Source of the DNA: an uncultured Pelagibacteraceae bacterium | Lineage (GTDB): Bacteria > Pseudomonadota > Alphaproteobacteria > Pelagibacterales > AG-422-B15 | Reading direction: 5' to 3' | Assembly (NCBI GenBank): GCA_902571005.1 | Contig: CACGAG010000002.1 | Location: 4,095 to 68,094 of the forward strand | DNA: 64,000 nucleotides | In this document: piece after piece, positions 59,163-64,000 of the stretch | Layout of the letters: each line of letters begins with the position of its first letter | Numbering within the stretch: position 1 is the first letter of the stretch | Program-made: the position numbers and the translations under genes | Notes under the pieces: model-generated | Databases searched by the model: none | What the model was told of the DNA's origin: nothing | What the model saw: the letters and a program-made list of their open reading frames with translations, nothing else

Positions 59163-59247
59163 ATTGAGTAACTAGACAGAAGACTGAACTTCCTCATTTA
59201 ATCCTCCACCCTTCCAAATATAAATGGGGAAGTTCTTCTCTTATTTC
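59163..59247 (+). ncRNA. Candidate Pho-regulated sRNA with an anti-SD loop
   Basis: 15-bp stem 59186-59200/59221-59235 (one U-G pair), loop AUCCUCCACCCUUCCAAAUA; ends approximate. Confidence 0.55.
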
Positions 59248-59309
59248 AATTAGGGTAATTTGTATATTGGGATCATTATAAGAAAAAAGAGGAAAAATCA
59301 GGATTTTAT

Positions 59310-59348
59310 AAAAAAAAAGACCCGTCCAAGTATAAATTGAACAGGTCC
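59310..59348 (-). terminator. Rho-independent terminator
   Basis: GACCTGTTCAA...TTGGACGGGTC followed by T9 on the minus strand. Confidence 0.8.
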
Positions 59349-59370
59349 TTAATTTATAGATTAAGTATGT

Positions 59371-59790
59371 TTAAAATGTTCTACCAATTCTCATTCCTGC
59401 CCTGTCGTACAAGACATTCATCAGAATGAAGACAAGTATACTAGCCACCATAGGAACTGGATTAGCGCCCCCATCTTCGCCCATAAATAAAACAATTTGC
59501 CTTATAGAAGTAACAAAGGATCCAACCAACATCATTCTAAAAAACACTGTAGATTGTTCAATTGGTGCCAGTAAACATGCAGTAAAACCTACTGCAAAAA
59601 CTATATAAACCCACCCGAGATTTGCAAACAGCTGAATATGTGCTGCATCAACATCGCTCGGATTTGTTCCTATTCGCTCTGCAAAGGCTAATACCGGCTC
59701 ATTGTCTATAAACATAAAACCATAAAAGAGAAATAAAACTATTAAGAAACAAATTATTACTCTGCTTATTGTGTCTTCAACTTTAATCAT
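59371..59790 (-). CDS. Hypothetical 4-TM membrane protein
   Basis: AGGAGG RBS; hydrophobic; own terminator. Confidence 0.75.
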   Translation of the reverse strand: MIKVEDTISRVIICFLIVLFLFYGFMFIDNEPVLAFAERIGTNPSDVDAAHIQLFANLGWVYIVFAVGFTACLLAPIEQSTVFFRMMLVGSFVTSIRQIVLFMGEDGGANPVPMVASILVFILMNVLYDRAGMRIGRTF

Positions 59791-59800
59791 TTTGTTCCTC

Positions 59801-60595
59801 CTAAAAATTACTTTGGTTTCTGAAAAAGATAGTCAAAAATACAATGAAATTTAGAACTATAAAAAATGCCAATAATGGATTACCACCATCGGGAAATGTC
59901 ACACTTCCAACTAACATTGCACAAAAGAACATCGTTCCTGCCACTGCACTCATTGATACTAAAACTCCACTCAGTCCAGCTCTGAACTGATAAACAAGAG
60001 CAATCAGTATAGCTATGTTTATCATAGTTATTCCTAATACACTGTGTTCAGATTGAGGATTGCTCTCTAATAATGGAGACTGCTCAATAAAACCACCTGG
60101 ATATATGAAGTATGAAACAACATTAAACAGCACTGCGGCAATTGCAATATACCCCATGATTTGAGTTGTTTTATCAGTAACTCCAAACGGACTTCCAGCT
60201 TTCTCAATTGCAAGTGGATAACCAGCTCTAAATCTTGCTATGGCTAATAGCACAAACAAAATTATCCATGCATAAAGACCGGTATAGTTTTCTCCACCGC
60301 TTAGCTGCAATGACATCACAACCCATATTAATTGAAGTAGAACGACAGGCAGTGCATAAGCAAAAAACGCCCTCTCTAACCCTTTCAAACCCATATATAA
60401 AATGCCTACATAGGCTACAAAATTAACCGCTCCAAACCAATTTAAGAAAAATTCTGTAGTTATGTTATCTTCGAATGTTGGGTATCGATCAATCATGTAA
60501 TCATAATTGAACATCATAATGCACCCATAAACGAAGAATATTAAGCCTGAAATAAACATACAGGCTTTAATTACGTTATCGTCTGTTTTAAACAT
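59801..60595 (-). CDS. Hypothetical ~8-TM membrane protein with an internal duplication
   Basis: AGGGGG RBS; two similar halves. Confidence 0.75.
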   Translation of the reverse strand: MFKTDDNVIKACMFISGLIFFVYGCIMMFNYDYMIDRYPTFEDNITTEFFLNWFGAVNFVAYVGILYMGLKGLERAFFAYALPVVLLQLIWVVMSLQLSGGENYTGLYAWIILFVLLAIARFRAGYPLAIEKAGSPFGVTDKTTQIMGYIAIAAVLFNVVSYFIYPGGFIEQSPLLESNPQSEHSVLGITMINIAILIALVYQFRAGLSGVLVSMSAVAGTMFFCAMLVGSVTFPDGGNPLLAFFIVLNFIVFLTIFFRNQSNF

Positions 60596-60763
60596 ATAAC
60601 CCCCTATATTTGTTATATGAACGGAAGGTTAATTATTTATTTCTTTGTTAGAAAGTGAATTTTTTATATAAAGTGACTAAATTTTATAACTTGTTATTCT
60701 TGTTGATACACATTTAATATTAAAAAGGTTTTTACTTAAAGTAAAATATTAGAATTATAATTT

Positions 60764-61645
60764 ATGCAATTGATTCAACTAATAATTGATGGTGTAGCTT
60801 CAGGCTGTATATATGGACTTGTAGCATTAGGTTTTGTCTTAATCTACAAAGCGACAGAAACCATTAATTTTGCTCAAGGCGATATTCTTATGCTCGGAGC
60901 ATTCGTAGCCTATTCACTTATTGGCATTTTAGGCATGGACTACCTCACTGGATTCGCTCTTACTATTTTGATTATTGCTGTATTTGGGTTTTTCTTAGAC
61001 GCAGTTGTCGTGAGACAGATTATTGGACAGCCTGCATTTGCAACCGTAATGCTAACTATCGGTTTAGGTTTTATTTTTAGAGGATTTGCATCAATTTACT
61101 GGGGAACTGACATATTTTCATTCAGTACACCTTTCTCTGGAAAGATAACTGAGTTTAACGGTCTTATAATTTCATACGTCAACCTCTCTATCATTGTTGG
61201 AACTGCAGTTTTAATGTCTGCACTTTATTTCTTTTTTACATTTTCAAAAATTGGTGTGGCTATGAGAGCATCTTCAGAAAACCAATTAGCTGCCTATTAT
61301 ATGGGAATACCAGTTAAATTTATTTTTTCATTAATATGGTCAATATCTGCAGGTGTTGCCGCTGTTGCGGGTGTACTTCTCGCGCCAATTACTTTGGTTG
61401 ACACATCAATATCATTAATTGGTTTGAAAGCTTTTGCTGCAGCTGTTCTAGGAGGATTTGGATCAATACCTGGAGCAATTGTTGGAGGCATTATAATAGG
61501 TATTGTCGAACAATTATGTGGAACTTACGAAAATTATTTGTTTGAGGGAGTGAGAGAAATATCTGCTTACCTCGTTCTTATCTTAACATTAATTATTTAT
61601 CCAAGAGGTTTGTTCTCAGATAAAGCTGAGGTCAAAAAAGTTTAA
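60764..61645 (+). CDS. livH: Branched-chain amino acid-type ABC permease
   Basis: YGLVALG, INFAQG, GVAMRA.SEN, AAVLGGFGS. Confidence 0.88.
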   Translation: MQLIQLIIDGVASGCIYGLVALGFVLIYKATETINFAQGDILMLGAFVAYSLIGILGMDYLTGFALTILIIAVFGFFLDAVVVRQIIGQPAFATVMLTIGLGFIFRGFASIYWGTDIFSFSTPFSGKITEFNGLIISYVNLSIIVGTAVLMSALYFFFTFSKIGVAMRASSENQLAAYYMGIPVKFIFSLIWSISAGVAAVAGVLLAPITLVDTSISLIGLKAFAAAVLGGFGSIPGAIVGGIIIGIVEQLCGTYENYLFEGVREISAYLVLILTLIIYPRGLFSDKAEVKKV

Positions 61646-62718
61646 TGAGATTTATTTTTAAAACTAAATATTCGCAAGATATAAATATTGCAAAACATAA
61701 CGGTGATCGTTTTTGGTATTCACTGCTTATTTTAATCATGGCAGCGTTACCGCTTGTATTAGATGATTTTTACTTAGGTGAAATCTCGTATATTTGCATT
61801 CTATCCATTGCTGGTATTGGTTTAATGATATTATCTGGATACACAGGTCTTGCATCCTTAGGTCATGCCGCGTTCTTAGGAGTTGGCGCTTATACTCATG
61901 CCTTCTTACTAACGAATGGAATACCTTTTTATGCGTCAATTCCTATCGTAATAGTTGTTTCATTTCTAGTAGGTGCAGCAATTGGAATACCAATCCTTCG
62001 CTTAACAGGGATGTATTTAGCTATTGCAACATTAGCCTTAGGCTTTATTGCGGAACATGTTTTTATAAAATGGGAACACTTTACAGGCGGTAACAGAGGG
62101 TTGCCTGTACCTCAACCAGAATTCTTGGGTATGAGCTTCTATGACAGTGTTTTCTTTTATTATGTCTGCCTTGTCTTTCTTATTGCAGCGATGTTTGCGG
62201 CAATCAATATACTCAGATCTCCAACAGGAAGAGCGTTTGTTGCTATTCGAGACAGTGAAATTGCAGCACAAAGCTTAGGCGTTAACTTAGGTCTCTATAA
62301 AGCTTTATCATTTGCAATTTCTGGAGCCTTTACTGGCTTAGCCGGCGCATTACTTGCTCATTACATTGGATACTTAGCTCCAGATATATTTAATATCTTT
62401 TTATCTTTAACGTTACTTTTGCTTATCGTTGTTGGTGGAATGGGAAGTTTGCATGGAACAGTGTTTGGAGCAATATTCGTTGGCTTCTTACCGCAATTGA
62501 TTGCCATCTGTCGTGACTATTTACCAAGCTCTATTGGCTCACAGCCAGGTCTGGAGCCAATGTTGTTTGGAATAATACTTGTATTCTTCATTTTATATGA
62601 ACCACTTGGGATTTATGGAAGATGGATTAAAATAAAGTTATTCTTTGAACTGTTTCCTACCTACAAAAGACAAACATTTAAGAAACAAAAAGTATTTACT
62701 AAATCGGACCGCGTATAA
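61645..62718 (+). CDS. livM: Branched-chain amino acid-type ABC permease
   Basis: SLGHAAF, YLAIATL, GRAFVAIRDSE. Confidence 0.88.
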   Translation: MRFIFKTKYSQDINIAKHNGDRFWYSLLILIMAALPLVLDDFYLGEISYICILSIAGIGLMILSGYTGLASLGHAAFLGVGAYTHAFLLTNGIPFYASIPIVIVVSFLVGAAIGIPILRLTGMYLAIATLALGFIAEHVFIKWEHFTGGNRGLPVPQPEFLGMSFYDSVFFYYVCLVFLIAAMFAAINILRSPTGRAFVAIRDSEIAAQSLGVNLGLYKALSFAISGAFTGLAGALLAHYIGYLAPDIFNIFLSLTLLLLIVVGGMGSLHGTVFGAIFVGFLPQLIAICRDYLPSSIGSQPGLEPMLFGIILVFFILYEPLGIYGRWIKIKLFFELFPTYKRQTFKKQKVFTKSDRV

Positions 62719-63476
62719 TGAGTTTGTTTGAAGTAAAAAATATCACTGTAGCATTTGGAGGAGTAAAAGCCCTTAATGATGTATCGTTCGGTGTCGACAA
62801 AGGTGAAATATTTACAATAATTGGTCCTAACGGAGCAGGTAAATCAACACTCTTCAATGTAATAAGCAGAATCTATGAGCCAAGCAAAGGTGAGATATAT
62901 TTTGAAAATCAAAATATCTCAAAAACTAAGCCTCATAATATATCAAAGCTTGGAATAGCAAGAACGTTTCAAAATTTAGAATTATTTGAAAATGCAACTG
63001 TTCTGCAGAATTTACTTCTTGGACGACATATTTATAAAAAAACAAATATTTTATCTGAGGTATTTTTTACACCCAGTGCTCGTAAGCAAGAACATGAATA
63101 CAGACTTAAGGTTGAAGAGGTAATTGACTTTCTAGACCTTCAACATTACCGAGATACTCTTATAAACGGCCTTCCCTACGGTGTTCGCAAAAATGTTGAA
63201 CTTGCAAGAGCCCTTTGTACCGATCCAAAATTACTTTTATTAGATGAACCGTCATCAGGATTAACAAATGAGGAAACAATTGATCTTGGCTTTTGGATTA
63301 AAGATATTCAATCTTTATTAGGAATTACCATAATTATGATTGAGCATGACATGAGTTTTGTTAATAAAGTGTCAGATCGGATACTTGCTCTTAATTATGG
63401 AAAAATACTTGCATCTGGCCTACCTGAAGAAATCAAAAATAATGCAGATGTTAAGCAAGCCTATATGGGGGAGTAA
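62718..63476 (+). CDS. livG: Branched-chain amino acid-type ABC ATPase
   Basis: GPNGAGKST, GIARTFQN, LLLLDEP, V..AYMG. Confidence 0.9.
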   Translation: MSLFEVKNITVAFGGVKALNDVSFGVDKGEIFTIIGPNGAGKSTLFNVISRIYEPSKGEIYFENQNISKTKPHNISKLGIARTFQNLELFENATVLQNLLLGRHIYKKTNILSEVFFTPSARKQEHEYRLKVEEVIDFLDLQHYRDTLINGLPYGVRKNVELARALCTDPKLLLLDEPSSGLTNEETIDLGFWIKDIQSLLGITIIMIEHDMSFVNKVSDRILALNYGKILASGLPEEIKNNADVKQAYMGE

Positions 63477-63644
63477 ATTCCTCTAACCCATTGAATAGAC
63501 TCAACTTTTAACCCCCACTTTTTGAGTCTTTTTTGAATTCATATTAAAAAACAATAACTTATAAAATTAGTCGTTCCTAATTCGCACCTTTACGTCAAAA
63601 AAAAATAGATAAAACATAGGATTTTGAACAACCTATCACATCAA

Positions 63645-64000
63645 TCATAAACATTTACTGTCATTACCATCTGTCATTTCATCAAAATCATTATCACTTC
63701 CATCAAAACAAGAATTTACAGAGTCTAATGATTCAGCTTCAGGGTCTAGAACTAACCATTTATTAGGAATTGAATTCCACATTTCGTTAAAATGATTTGT
63801 TAAATATTTAGAATTTTGAATATCATTTTTAATAATCAAAGTATTTTCATCATTTTTAGTTACCCCTGCTTTAGTCCAATTCATCGATCCGGTTACGATA
63901 TGTTTGTTATCAATAACTGCTGTTTTCATATGCATTTTTCCACCCCAATTTTCAACTTTTACTTCAATTCCTTGATCTCTTAAGTATTGATGCTTGCTAT
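63645..64000 (-). CDS. Phospholipase D / nuclease-family (HKD) protein, 5' end outside window
   Basis: HMKTAVID...TGSMNWT...NDEN; frame stays open to the window edge. Confidence 0.8.
   Translation of the reverse strand, partial: SKHQYLRDQGIEVKVENWGGKMHMKTAVIDNKHIVTGSMNWTKAGVTKNDENTLIIKNDIQNSKYLTNHFNEMWNSIPNKWLVLDPEAESLDSVNSCFDGSDNDFDEMTDGNDSKCL

Noticed and set aside
63540-63640. Possible dif or att site
   Set aside because: No convincing XerC/XerD arm spacing or partner repeat

Overview
64 kb from a very AT-rich, densely packed genome whose gene content suggests a streamlined marine alphaproteobacterium (SAR11/HIMB59-like; taxonomy is inferred, not established). About 1-26 kb is mostly housekeeping and lipid/sulfur metabolism: dac-rlpA-mltB, a cystathionine synthase/lyase pair, a phosphate acyltransferase, tRNA-Ser(TGA), betA, yajQ, a CoA-transferase, an unusually short mfd, sdhE, recG, an amidase, three tandem paralogous membrane proteins, an Mpo1-like protein and two MAPEG proteins. 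About 26-59.3 kb is a phosphorus-starvation super-cluster: phnX, phnZ, phnCDEE, phnF-phnGHIJKLN-DUF1045-phnM (C-P lyase), pstSCAB-phoU-phoB-arsC-aquaporin, phoR, ppk1-ppx, sixA, a porin with a DUF3576 lipoprotein, and plcP with a glycosyltransferase. Most intergenic regions there carry ~11-bp-periodic Pho-box-like repeats, including in front of uncharacterised genes. Best novel candidates: (1) an unannotated, apparently PhoB-driven ~85-nt hairpin RNA with an anti-Shine-Dalgarno loop, divergent from plcP; (2) Pho-boxed orphans (TMEM164/YwaF-like membrane enzyme, ArsK-like MFS exporter, porin-DUF3576 pair); (3) several microproteins missed by the ORF track; (4) a minimal Mfd. No CRISPR array, IS element or integrase was seen. 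All family calls come from motif recognition by eye; no database searches were run.
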